A stretch of DNA of 64,000 bases. Source: Eledone cirrhosa (taxonomy: Eukaryota). The notes beneath the pieces are model-generated. The model was not told where the DNA came from. It ran no database searches and was given only the letters and a program-made list of their open reading frames with translations. Numbering within the stretch: the stretch's first letter is position 1; each line of letters starts with the position of its first letter. This document shows positions 47,111 to 59,989 of the stretch, piece after piece. Position numbers and translations under genes: made by a program. Location of the stretch: the NCBI GenBank assembly GCA_964016885.1, contig CAXHJY010000099.1, forward strand, positions 1 to 64,000, written 5' to 3'.

Positions 47111-47272
47111 TTTTATTGATCCTAAAAGGATGAATGTAAAGCCAACTATGACAGGATTTGTTATCAAAACCTACTGGATTCAAACTGGATACTGTAAACA
47201 TTTTATTCCGGTGTTCCTCAGTCGTGTTCCCTTCCACTGGCCAATACTGTTTATTATTATTAACAATGAAAA

Positions 47273-47475
47273 TGGCGGTGGATTGGCAGTATCGGTAGAG
47301 CGTCGGAAGACATTCTGTATGGCATAGGGTTACAACCCTTTACGTTCTGAGTTCAAATCCCACATTAGTTAGCTTTGCCTTTCATCCTTACGGGGTCGAT
47401 AAAATAAAACACCAGTAATACACTGGGGTCGATTTAATCGACTTATCCCTTCCCCAAAATTGTTAGCCTAGTGCT
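47273..47475 (+). mobile_element. Octopus-type tRNA SINE (longer subtype)
   Basis: Same head and body plus a ggggtcgatttaatcgactt insert. Confidence 0.88.
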
Positions 47476-47908
47476 GCTGATGGAATTGTATGACTATGAA
47501 GTACCTTGAGCATCTAAAACTGGCTCCAGCCGATTTCATCCAGAGAAAGAAAGGGGGTGTTTGAGAAGAGGAATTGACCCTAGTACTGGGATGCTACTTT
47601 GTGTGTTGAGCCTGAAGGGACGAGGGAGAGAAGTAACTTTGGAATTTAAACGATACACCGCCTTTCTTTCTTTCTTTCTTCCAGTCACTTCTATGCGCCA
47701 ACACACTTCTCTTTGTCCTCCTCCGCTTTCAATATTTTCTATATTTCATCTACCTGTCACCCACCTTGTGGATTGTCTCTCTGTTGACCACTGTCCACTG
47801 GTCTCTGTCCGCTGAGGCATTCTGGCCCATTGTTGTCTTTGACAGCGTGTAGCTGTTTTAACCGCTGTTCTAGCGATGAGTTTTTTTTTCATTTTTATGT
47901 GTATTATT

Positions 47909-48012
47909 AGCGAGGTTAACTTTGCCTTTCATCCTTACGGGGTCGATAAAATAAAGTACCAGTAATGCACTGGGTAATTGCTGGCTTTGTGCCAAAAGTA
48001 GAAACAATTATT
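47909..48012 (+). mobile_element. Octopus-type SINE, 3' half
   Basis: gaggttaactttgcctttcatccttacggggtcgataaa...agtagaaacaatta. Confidence 0.85.
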
Positions 48013-48160
48013 AGCAATAATAGAAGATGACTATCTTAATTCAAGGCATACTTTACAAAATGAAACTTAAATGTGTGTGCAAGCGCGTATGTGTGAACCA
48101 AAAACTACTTCCTAGAATCAATATTAAACCACTCTTAACAACAAATCTAAAGCACACACT

Positions 48161-48243
<83 letters not shown>

Positions 48244-48344
48244 GATGTATGTATATATGAATTTGTGTTCAATATTTATGTACATTCATTACATTAACAT
48301 ATAACACCAATTGTGTTATCAACCAAAGTAAACAAATACATTAC

Positions 48345-48418
48345 AATTATATAGTTTGCTCTATTGGGATTCGTATCAATCGTCACTCCAAGCCACGGAT
48401 ACTTTATGCCTCCAGTAC
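48345..48418 (-). CDS. Integrin alpha, coding exon 3
   Basis: tttaaaag|GT...ATT|gtaatg, 74 nt, phase 1 to phase 0. Translates (G)TGGIKYPWLGVTIDTNPNRANYII (the WLG motif of repeat 2). Confidence 0.85.
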
Positions 48419-48689
48419 CTTTTAAAGAGAAAAAAAATCTATGCATTCATTTTTCAATAAGTTCTTTAAATGATAACGAATTGTATTGTACAATAGCTCA
48501 CAAAGTATTCTTTTACAATCAGCTTCATGCCTCTATCATTTTCGTTTCTGTCTCAAATCTTTTCATCGCTGTCTATGCTCTTATTTCATGACCGAAAATA
48601 TCGTTGTTGGATAAAACTATTGACAGGTAACATGAGAATGTGGAAATAATTGAAGCAATATTTTATATATTATTATGTGAATGGTTCCA

Positions 48690-49080
48690 GTGTGGCGGAT
48701 TTTCAAAATCAATAGAGCATCGGATGAAATGCTTTGTGGTATTTAGTTATGGCTTTTACGTTCTGAGATCAAATACCACTTTGCTTTATATCATTTCGAG
48801 TTATGTACTGGAGTCCATATTATCCCAGTTTCACTCCCCACAAATCGATGGCCTTGAGCCTAAATTAACATTCATTATGTGTATAGTTTAGGGCGGTGGA
48901 TTGGCAGTATCGGTAGAGGGTCGGACGCCATGCTTTCCAGTATAGTTACGTCCCTTTACGATCTGAGTTCAAATCCCGCCGAGGTTGACTTTGCCTTTCA
49001 TCCTTACGGGGTCGATAAAATAAAGTACCAGTAATGCACTGAGTAATTGCTGGCCTTGTGCCTAAAGTAGAAACCATTAT
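48690..49080 (+). mobile_element. Two tandem SINEs (diverged 48690-48880; intact 48891-49080)
   Basis: A/B boxes and a shared body. Confidence 0.85.
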
Positions 49081-50896
49081 GTGTATAATTCCGAGTGAAA
49101 TGGGACCTCCAGCTTGACTTGTTTTCGATTCCCAACAGGAAAACTTAAGTTTCAAAGTCGTATTCTTATGAAACAAATTTTCATCACATTATTTCAAATT
49201 TTATACATTAAAATATGGGATTTAAGATTGCTAATATCTTGGTTATGCAAATATATACTTATCTTAACCATTTAGCATTTACATTATTCTATATTTACTA
49301 TTATATTTTCACGGTAAAGGTTTTACCTCATATAATCATCTCACATAATATCGAATCTATGAGATTTTGATGTTATCTATTTTGAGAACAATACCTTAAC
49401 ATCAGTATGAGCGGCCAGTTGTGGCAGGTTTGAACTGAAAGAGGTGAGAGAATTCTGGCCGAATACGGCCGGTTTAAATGCTAAAGGGTTAATCTCATAT
49501 CACTGCACCCCAGCAAGTCATATGGATGCGATGGATTCATACTTAAACTATTTGTTTCTGTAGCGTCGAATGGAAGAGAGATAAAACACCCTTGTTTTAC
49601 CCACTAGTCTATCGCTAATAACTTATCCACAAAATTCTGTTGTCTACATCTCCCACAGCTAGCGTGAGTATGGCATGTTTAAATGACTCTTATGTACATA
49701 ATCTATCGACCTATCATTTTGTAATCTGACACATCTTCCTATTTCATAAGCGAAATCCCTGAAGTAAAATATTTGCTTTCTATAATTTTGCTGTAGTATA
49801 AATTTGACTTACAAGCTTTCCCTTTAACTTTTCTTACATAAGAGTGTAATGTTTTAAGTAAATTTTTAGCTTCGGTTGAATCAGATACAATTGCTGTTGT
49901 TGTTTAGTTCGGCTACATAAACCGAGAACATCTATGATCAGAGGATTTTCTATTTTTATGGGTGTATACATTGTCTAATGTATTGTTCTTTGTTTAATAT
50001 AAGGGAATGTGGTTTGAGGGTAACTTAACTACTATTTCTAGCAAATCGAATGTGTTATTAATGTTTATGCTACCAACACCCTACTACAGCTTCTTCGCCA
50101 TACATTTATCCTAAGAGGAAGAGAACACTTAATGTTTCTTTTAAAGAGTAATATGAAATAATGTTCCCATTTATAAGGAAGTGACAGTCGAGTCGCCAAA
50201 CGGATGGAGTAGGGTTCAATCAGACGAGATGCCTGTGGTTCATATCGTATTCTTGGTACCCCGTTATATCTATAGCCAAATCATTTAACTTTCTTATGTC
50301 CCAGTGTACCGAAATAGCTACTAATGTAAGAACAACTCAGTATTCCAGGTAGAGACAGTACTGTTGATTTAATAGATGATTCATTAAATCAAGTGCTGCG
50401 TTCAATTTCTACCCTGTAGGGAAAACTATCTCTCAATAGACTAAAGATAAATCTCGTATCCGCTTCCAACAGCGGTAAGTGGAGAAACTTACTAGAATCT
50501 TTATGATATAAAAAAAAATGTACTGTAAGGCCTGAAATAGAAATGCCTTAAAACAGAATGTAACGAGTTCAGTTTATTGATTTTTGTGCCTGCACTAAAA
50601 AATATCAATCATACACGTGTGTGCATACAACTAGTTTCTCAAATGTGACCATTGTATCCCTTAATCCGTAACCAAAATCCTAGTGCTGATCCTAAACTCT
50701 AAATTCTAACCCTAACCACAATCCATAACCTTAACCAAACTCATAACCAATAACAGTGATATGAATTGAACTAAATTTTTTTAATATAACTGCAAGCGCA
50801 AAAATGAAAATTAATCGTACTTTTTACTTTTTGTTTCGTAAAAATTCAATTTCAAAAAAGGATTATATATGTATGATACTTTTAGAAATTCCTTAC

Positions 50897-51003
50897 CTCC
50901 AGATAAATACAGAATTTCGTCACAACTCTTTCGTCCGATAATACATTGATAAAAGCTATTTACTTTTGTAATGTCAGGAGCTTTCGGGGCACCAACTAAT
51001 ACT
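50897..51003 (-). CDS. Integrin alpha, coding exon 2
   Basis: ttttcag|A...G|gtaagg, 107 nt, phase 2 to phase 1. Translates (R)VLVGAPKAPDITKVNSFYQCIIGRKSCDEILYLSG (FG-GAP motif LVGAP, YQC...C). Confidence 0.9.
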
Positions 51004-51329
51004 CTGAAAATAAACCATATTTAAATAAGAAAAAAACAAGAAAGAATTTTTTTCTTTTAATAAAAAGAAACCGGATGCATTTGTTTTTGCTGCTGTTTAG
51101 CCTAAGGTTCATAATACGTCCTTCCTCTTTTAAAGCCACTGAGCATGATGTAAGGGAGATATAGCTGTCATATCTAGCAGGTTGAAACCCTATATAGAGG
51201 CTTTACTCATTGACTCGTTCAGATATAACTTGCTATTCAGTTTAAAATACGCTTATTTATTTAAACCTCGAATTATGATATATCACAATGTAGAGAAGCA
51301 CGTTTACCCATCTCATCAAACAAATATGA

Positions 51330-51920
51330 TTTGAAGAGATGACGAGTGCATTCGCATTTGAGTGACCCTGCCCCTTGGCCTCTGATTAAATGAGCTTCAC
51401 AAATGCCATTGTAGAACCATGGTCAACGTGTTCAAACTACATTTACTCTCTTGTCATCACATTCCTCGCGAGTTCCTTCGGCATGCCGCCTCGAATAATA
51501 TCCGGTTTCAATCCCAACTGAAGCTTACCGGCCTCGACTGTAACGGTAAGGAGCTAGACACCCGAGGAAAGTAAATATCTAATCTAAGGCACCATGTGCT
51601 ACGTCATATACTCCAACTTCCTCTTTGTCGCTTCAGTCAAAAATCCAGGCACTGTCGTCCGTAACGCAGAAGAGCTAAATATATCCAAACACCAGGGCTT
51701 CACGGCCCGCTTCCTTTTTATGTCAGTAGCCATCGAGACTTCTGGTTTCCTCGATCCCCGGAATGCCATTTTCCTCCGCAAAATTAGGAGGAGTGCATCC
51801 CACCTCAAGAAGAGACTTTCGTGAGATAAAGTGGCTGATGGAGCGAGTGTCACTAGTTGTTCTTTGTGGCAGTGCTTTCGGCATCTTGTTCGCAGAGCGC
51901 AGCTAAGTTACACCGCCTAG
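51330..51920 (+). mobile_element. Highly decayed RLE-type (CRE-like) non-LTR 3' fragment
   Basis: Remnant motifs RHAASNNI, GLD.NGK, PG.VVRNAE..ISKH, F..VAIETSG.L...A.FLRKI. Confidence 0.5.
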
Positions 51921-52647
51921 ACAGGAGTGTAAATTTTGTCCCTCCCACTTTTCCCCCTTCTATATTTTTTCTTATTTATTTTTATTCTTTTAAGTTTCTC
52001 TCCTCCTGTTTATTAAGCGAAATACTTATGTAAATAAAATGTGTTTATGTCGATAAAACAGTATGAGAATAGAGTTTTTTAGCTTCTATTTATCTGGAAG
52101 TATTACTACAATCACATATGCTATATAAAGCATACAATTCAAAGTTGTTGTTAACATCACAATGATTAGAAATATTAATTCAAAATTAACAGGATAGGCC
52201 ACAGTCAATTATGAGAATGGTGATGATGATGGTGATGATGGTGATTATTATGATTATGATTATGATGATGATGGTGGCTATGATGATAATGTGGGTGAGG
52301 AAGAGGAGAAGTGGAGGAGGATGGAGGTGGTGGTTTTATGTTGGTTCTTTACAGATATATGAAAAATTATAGCTGTGAAGAAGATTTTCAAATCCCTTCT
52401 TAAAATGGACTTGGTTGACTGTCCCTATGTTTGTCTTAATCTTAATCCAAAATATTCAGTGATACAATAAACCGAACAACAGAATATTTCAAAGAATAAA
52501 AATACTAAAATAGAAATGGATCAAAATGACAAACTATTTTGGGTGCTGCTTTTGTATAAACGAACTCACTATATTAAATCTTATGAGATTAATACCAAGT
52601 ACAAGAGAACTGAATTAGTTTCGGAATGGTGTGTGAATCCATGTACA

Positions 52648-52729
<82 letters not shown>

Positions 52730-53202
52730 TATGTGTATCTATAAATTTATATGTATATATACATTATGCATACACAGAAGTATGGCAATATGTATATGTG
52801 TATACACACACATACACAAACATATGTGTCTATGTATGTGAGCTTCATGTATATATGTAAGATTCACGTTTAAAATCCTTAGTATCTTCACACACACACA
52901 CACACGTAAAAGCATGCACATCTAAAGATAGAAAAATACATATAGAAATTAAATGAAACATTAAATCATAGAATCACACACTGAAGAAAACATACATAAA
53001 ATAAATTCTTACACAAAGTTATACATACTTAAATATTCTCTCTCAGCCATATGCAAATAGGCACCAAAAAATAGTGCATTGAGATATTCAAATATGAAAC
53101 ACAAGATACAGGCATGCACTCATACAGGGATACACAGATATACGCATTCACATATATACACACTAACATCAACTTAACATATACTAACAAAATTATTATA
53201 TG

Positions 53203-55920
53203 CTTCTTCTTTGCTCACTTACTCCTGGCAAGGTCGGAGGGGCAGAGTTCTCAAACACCTCTTCCAGCGGGTGCTGTCAGAGGTCACCGTCTTCAATTGA
53301 TCTGGCTGGATCACCAAGTGAGACCAGCTGAGCGAATGGATGTTATTCAACCTTCTTTCTCGGGATCAACCCCTGTGTCTCCTTCCAGTTGGTTTTGCCC
53401 GTAAAATCTGTCCAGCGATTCTTTCCTGAGACATCCTAACCACATACCGTAATATCGGAGCTATGATCTCTCAATTCGGGGAAGTAGCGGCTATACCTGG
53501 AGTGATTCTCCGATCTCTATCGAGTAACGTTACTCCAAAGACCGTTCGGAAAAACCATTTCGAGCGTGTGTATTCGCAATTGTATTCTTTCGGTCATTAC
53601 CCAAGATTCATGACCATAGGTAAAGGTTGACAAGAATACCGAATTGAAGTTAGCGAGCTTGGCTTTTACACCTACTTCCCGTCTTCTGATGACCGAATGC
53701 TGAAGCTGGCGCATTAATACACCAGCCAAGTTCCGTGGTTCTGTTAATGTAGATTTGGATGGAAGATAGAAACTCCACTATTTAGATGTGGCGCCAGAAT
53801 TGACTGCACAGGCGGGAGTGGAGATACTAACAAGCCCCCAACTGTCCAAATGTGTTATGGACTGAATTTCATTGGGTAAGAGGATTTGCCTCTATAGACT
53901 AAAAGATAGGTCTCTGTGGGTGGTGCATGTTTATGCACCAAATAAAATGCCTGAATACAGATCGTTCCTTGATGAAATCACTGCAGCCTTATATGTAGTT
54001 AATACTGAGTCATATAACTTGATGGGAGACTTAAATGCACATGTTGAACATGACTATCTGGCATGGAAATGAGTGATTGGAAAGAGCAGCGATCCCAATT
54101 TAAATACGAATGAAGAAGCCTTATTAGACTTCTGTTCTAGTAATATGCCCTCTGTTATGAACACGTTCCGGTGCAAAGACATCCATAAATACGCCTGGTA
54201 TAAGGAGATCAAGGACAGAGATCAATAACTGATTTGCTTATCGTCTATGATCTCTTCAATTCTGTGTTGAATGTTCGTGTTAAGAGAAGTACTGAGCTGC
54301 CAACTGATCACTATCTAGTTATCTGTAATTTGAAACTACCTAATGCCAAAGAAGCCCACCAAACTAGCAGGGCCAGGTCGACTTACAGGATAAAGTCGAA
54401 AGCTTTGGTGGATAAGGAAGTCGAGATCAGGTATGTGGATACTATTGCATTCATATTCAGAGAACTCTCTGAGCAAACTGACGGCGTTGAAACAGAGTAG
54501 AGACTGTTTAAATCGACAGTTTTTGCTTCAGCTTTTAAATGCTGCGGGTGAAAGTGGTTTGATGAGGCACTGAGTGGCAGGAGAACGCCTTGTTTCATTC
54601 AAGAAGTCAACGATGCTATCCGAGCAAAGAAATAGGCCTACGAAACCTGGTTTGGAAATAAGTCCTATTCTTGCACTTGCGGTGCAAGCATGTGCGAAAA
54701 GTTGCAGCAGAGATTGTAAATGCGTCCAAAGTTAAGACATGGGAAGACTTTAGCGTTAAGCTGGAATCCCACTTCAGACCAGCAAATAAAGTGTTATGGC
54801 AGACCATCCGCCGACTTTGTAATAAGAAGTCTTCCTCCACACCTGCTATCAGGAGCGCATCTGGGTTCTCCTCCCTTCTGAGAGGTGCATGCTCGCGAGG
54901 TGGAAAGAATACTTTGCCGATCTCCTAAACCCGGTCCCAAAAGCATCTGATGTACACGAGGTGCATCTGGGAGCAATGCCTAACCTCTCAGAAGCTGAGG
55001 TCACAAGAGCAATTAAAGAGCTGAAATGTGGCAAGGCCGCTGGGGGGATAAATTCGATCCGTGATGTTAAAAACCTTAAATAGAGAAAATATTCTCTGGC
55101 TGACTCATGTGTGCCGTGTGACCTGGATCTTTGGAAAGGCTGCTAAACAATGGCAATCAGGAGTGATAGAGACACAAGAGATATTGCTCCAATTATAGAG
55201 GGATCTCCTTGTTAAACCTTCCGGTAAAGTCTATACTAAGTGTCTATACTAAGATAACTAATGAGCAGTGTGGTTTTCACCCGGGATGCAGCATAGCCAA
55301 CAAAATATTCACATTGCAGCAGGTCTTTGAGAAATCGTAGGAGTGCTGCCAAGGGTGTATACTTTCTTTCTAGACATCGAAAAGGTTACGATCGCGTTCC
55401 ACAGGATTTGCTGAGGAAGGTTCTGCAGAAATCGATGGGCATCTTCTTGTGGCCTTAAATGCCCTAATACTTGCGATTGAATAAATGATGCTAAATCGAA
55501 ACCATTCAATGTGGGAGTCGGACTCCGCCAAGGATGCGTACTATCACCTCTCCTGTTCATTATCTTTATGGGTCTGAGAAAAGTACTAGATTGGTGACTG
55601 GCGCTATTAAGACTATCGAAAACACTGCAATATGGCTAGACACAATAAAGACAGTTATGCGGTATAGTCCTTCGAAAAATATATCCCAGTCTCCATCTCA
55701 TGCTGTGAAAACTGGAGATAGGTCTGCGATGTATGGAATGGACGCACAAAGATTGCTTATCCCGAGACCCCAAATAGGGTTCGGAAGGGAAAAACTGTAA
55801 CCATTGGAACCTGGAACATGACAACCCTTACAGATAAGGAGCAAGAACTTGTGGATGAGGCTAGATGCTAACGGATAGATATAGTCGGTGTTTCCTCAGC
55901 AAAGTGGCTCTGGTACTGTA
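53203..55920. mobile_element. Rearranged, decayed RTE-type LINE
   Basis: Minus 53203-53729 is the RT C-terminus and 3' end (TYGHESW...). Plus 53730-55570 is APE-RT (VYAPN, MGDLNAHV, TDH, NYRGISLL, GLRQGCVLSPLLF). Plus 55570-55920 is the APE N-terminus (IGTWNMTTL). Confidence 0.85.
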
Positions 55921-56614
55921 CATTTATAATGATAAAATAATCTAAATCTACAACTATGAATTCAAAGGAATTGTGAAATATATTCATAGATTATTGTAGA
56001 CTATATTAATTGCTGTGGACCATGAAGTAAGTTTCTTGTAATCCGGTTTTAATTATTGGTTGACTCCTAATTCTTATAGCTCAAAAGAGTCACCTTGCTT
56101 ATTTAGGACTTTGAACATATAATGATGAAAACGTTCGGCGACTTGCACTCTTGAACTATAGTTCCTACTTAGTCTTATCGAGTTTTAAATGACCATACGT
56201 ACGAATAGGGCCCACGAAATGGAATGGCTCTTTTAGTGCATCACCCTCTTCGGTCTAACGCATTTGCCATTTTGACCGCCAGATCCATAGGGCGTCTTGT
56301 CACCTAGGTACCTACTCAATTACCCAGACTAAGAATCATAATAGCAGAAGCATGAAATACAAAGATGACCAGGGTAAAATATGAAGTGAAATAAGATAAT
56401 AACAGATGTAACTAAAGAGCCTTTTATTTGCCGATGAAATACAAATGCTGAATTCTATATAATAAACAGCATTCTTTCTCCTACAGTTTCTGTGTTAGAA
56501 ATCACTATTTCACTTAAAATGCTAGAAATATCAACCAAAACAAAACAACACATATCACTCTCTATTATCTTAGAAAAGGAAAAGCATTTTGCATAATGTA
56601 ATTTTAAATACAAT

Positions 56615-56760
56615 GCATGATTACGAATTGCTCTACAATTATGAGGCTCCGAGTTCCATCCTATGCCGTAGCATCTTGGACAAATGTCTTTTACCATAAC
56701 CTCAGGTTGGACCAAACTCGTGGATGAAACTGGGTAGAAGAAAACTGCATATGCTTGTTT
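56615..56760 (+). mobile_element. Diverged CORE-type SINE
   Basis: gagttccatcc...gcatcttggacaaatgtctttt; a related minus copy is at ~57960-58060. Confidence 0.55.
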
Positions 56761-57590
56761 AGTGAATTGCAATCAAAGATCAAGCTTTGTCACATGGTCA
56801 CACTGATTCTGAAAGTTTTGCACGTTAATTAAAAGTGTAATGTTCAAATGTTTAAAAAATGAATGAATGTTCATCGCCAAAACTGGTGGGGGAGGGCTCA
56901 ATAATGAAAAAGAGATACGATTGTCACCGCTAAAACTCTTTCAGTCAGTGCATAGGTTTGATGCATCACAGATTACATGGGGAACAACAACATAGTTACT
57001 TTCTCGTAAAATAAAAAGTTAGCTTCTGGCCTAGCGATTTCAGTGGGAGTAGGTTGGATCGTAACCATTTCTCTTCACTTTCTTCACTGTGACTGAAGCT
57101 TACTATCACTAGAAAACGTTTCTTCAGAATTCCATTTTCTCTCACAGAATATAGACACCGTACTAAATATATTGCAGAATTTGATCTGGTACCTATAAAT
57201 GCTGTTTAGCACCAGGCCAGAAGTAACCGAGAGGAACTATGATGAAAGGTATTTCAAACATGACCACTCCTGTTTTTGCCTCGGATACTGCAGATCTAAC
57301 ACTATATTATCCAATGTGATAATGTAGTCTTAGTGTAGTTCAATATATAAAACTACATCATATATAATGTATTCAAATAGCAAATATAGAAAAATAATGT
57401 ATTCAATTACCCATGTAGTCCTACATACTATAGACCAATATCTAATGTGATTTGATATCTAAGATCACATTATTGAATCCAATGCATGTTTAACACAATC
57501 TCTTTTCAATATGGCAATGTACCATCTGAAATAGATTTAGTGACTATTTCCAATAGGCTGAGAGGTGTAATATAATCGCAATTCTTAAAC

Positions 57591-57638
57591 TGAAGAAGAA
57601 GAAGAAGAAGAAGAAGAAGAAGAAGAAGAAGAAGAAGA
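57591..57638. repeat. (GAA)n trinucleotide repeat ~20 nt into the intron after integrin exon 1
   Basis: Directly visible. Confidence 0.97.
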
Positions 57639-57657
57639 CAATCCTTGGTGTTCTTAC

Positions 57658-57836
57658 CGACTTTTGTTCGCATGTATCTGTAATCCAACAGAGTATCCAA
57701 AGTATGAATTCCGATCTCCATTAAAGATAATCGGTGACCTGATGTCTAAATTGAAAGGGACTACAGGCTGTAGTAGGTGTATTAGCACAAATATTAAGTG
57801 GTAGATGAAATAGTAAAGACCCATGCCACTTTCCAT
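57658..57836 (-). CDS. Integrin alpha subunit, coding exon 1 (signal peptide and start of beta-propeller)
   Basis: MESGMGLYYFIYHLIFVLIHLLQPVVP|FNLDIRSPIIFNGDRNSYFGYSV: hydrophobic leader followed by the integrin-alpha FNLD...SYFGYSV motif. Ends CG|GTAAG (phase 2). An acceptor-like ttgcag lies just upstream of the ATG. Confidence 0.9.
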
Positions 57837-58104
57837 GTTAAATCCTGCAACGATAACAATAACAATAAATTAATTAACAAAATAAAGATTTAACTTTTTC
57901 TTGGTAGAAAAGATGAGAATTTTTTTATTTTTCAGTTTCGACTGAACAACAAGACGCTGAACCTAATGTGCAACGACCCGAGGCTATAGCAAATAACCTT
58001 GGCCAAGATGCCACGCAATGTGACCGATCTAGAGACCTTGTGATTGCGAAGCGAACCTCTCAAATATTAGAGCATTTTGCATCCACTAAGATAAATAGAA
58101 ATAA

Positions 58105-58612
58105 CAGAATCATCTTCCAGTATTTTGTTACAGCTCTTAATTTTATGAGTTCAAATCCTGCCGTGGTTCACTGTACCTTTAATATTTCTGGGTGTCAACA
58201 AAATAAAGAACCAATAGAGTACTGAGGTGGATTTTCTTTATCACTTCCACCCACTAAAATCTCTGTCCTTGTGCCTAAGTCGATACGTCACATTACGTTC
58301 TGAATTCAAATCTCACTGATATTAACTTTGCCTTTATCTTTCCCGGGTTCGATGAAAATACGTACCCATCAAGTATTGTAATCGATATAATTGATTATTC
58401 CTTCTCTTAAAATGTGTAACTTTATTCTAATATTAAAAAATCATTATTAACATTGTGGAGTAGCAGATTCATTAGACAAAATGCTTTGCAGTATTTAGTC
58501 ACAGTCCTTTACGTTCTCATTCAAATCTAACCAGGATCAACTCTGTCTTTTATCCTTCTGGGGTCGATAAAATAAAGTACCAGTGAAGTACTGCAGCTTA
58601 TATTGTTGACTG
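58105..58612 (+). mobile_element. Three old tandem SINE remnants
   Basis: Repeated ttcaaatc...tttgcc/gtcttt...gggtcgataaaataaagtaccag-like blocks. Confidence 0.7.
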
Positions 58613-59254
58613 TGGGTGTTTTTACTATTTTTCTCCTCTACGTCGTGACCTCAAGCTCCACTTCAGCCGACCATACTTTTTATATGTCAGTTATGTACTA
58701 TAGAATATATTTAATTGACTTCCACCACCATCACCACCACTACATAGGATATATAAATTTGTTCCCTAATGAATAAGGAATCATAGCAATTGTAGCCGCT
58801 TAGCACCGAGTCTACCCAGATAGAGCAGACCTATGATCAAAGGCGTTCCAGTAGTGACTATAACGTCATTTTGCATATCAGGAACTACATTGTCCAATGC
58901 GCCCTTTCTTTTGGGGGTGCTTCTTAGAGGCTCCTCTGTTGGCTCAAGAAACATTATTTTTCTGATACTATCAAACTATAATAAATTTTAAAATACATAT
59001 AGTTCGTAATTTACATATGCGTCATACATTTTTAAAAAGCCTGGAAAACCTCTTGATGAAGCAATTTATTTTACATCATGTTATGAATGCTATCACACAC
59101 ATATTATGAATACCAGCACAGTTTGTTGTAAATACTAGTTTACAAAGAACTGTGTGATTATTTGGTAAGATTTATTTATTAAATACAAAGTAAGAGTTAA
59201 TTTGTATATAAACATCAGTAAGAATGTTTGGTTGTGATAACCCTTCTCTATACC

Positions 59255-59563
59255 AAGTAACACCAAACTCTCCTCTTCTCTATATCTACTACATGGAACT
59301 CTCTTCCAATCCCCCTCTCTATATCGATTAACACTAAAACCTACCCCTCTCTATATCTGCTACAAGAAACTTTCTTCAAATACCACTCTTTTTATCAATT
59401 AACACCAAATGCTCCCCTCTCTATATCTACTATATGTAACTCTCTCCTAACCCCTCTCTCACTATCAATTAACACCAAGCTCTATCTCCTATCTATATCT
59501 ACCATACAACACTCTCTCTCATTCCCTCTCACTATATGCATCAACACCAAACTCTACCCCTCT
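59255..59563. repeat. Degenerate minisatellite, ~65-70 bp unit built from two subunits
   Basis: Recurring aacaccaa...ctctctatatctac...aactctct...ctatatcaatt. Confidence 0.75.
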
Positions 59564-59989
59564 CTAGAACGAGTGTAAAGCATTAGAGACATTAACAGAA
59601 AAAAATAACAGAAAAATGTCATTATATATTTCAAAAATACAAAAAAGATCGCTGACCTTCGAAAAACTATCGACCATGTGACAAGACTTATCCCATGCAA
59701 ACAAAGACAATGAAGATACACTCCTCACCAACAAAGAGTGACGAATAAAATGGAAATGATGTTTGAACAAACAGAATTCTTTAATACATTATGAAACAGT
59801 ATTAGTGGAATGTTCCAGTCAAAACCCCAATGAAATGCACTAATACATACATAGTCAGTCAACGCGATGAGTCGCATATTTTGGAATAAGAGACTATTCA
59901 TTAAATTTAAGATGAATTCTATCTCCGACAGTAATGCCACAACTACCAGTCATGTTGAATAATTGGTTATTCTTCTAACTATATCTACT

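Noticed and set aside
50655-50750. Telomere-like CCCTAA variants
   Set aside because: Too degenerate and short to call an interstitial telomeric array.
59255-59563. Repeat-spacer-like pattern resembling CRISPR
   Set aside because: The units are degenerate tandem duplicates without unique spacers; eukaryotic context and no cas genes.
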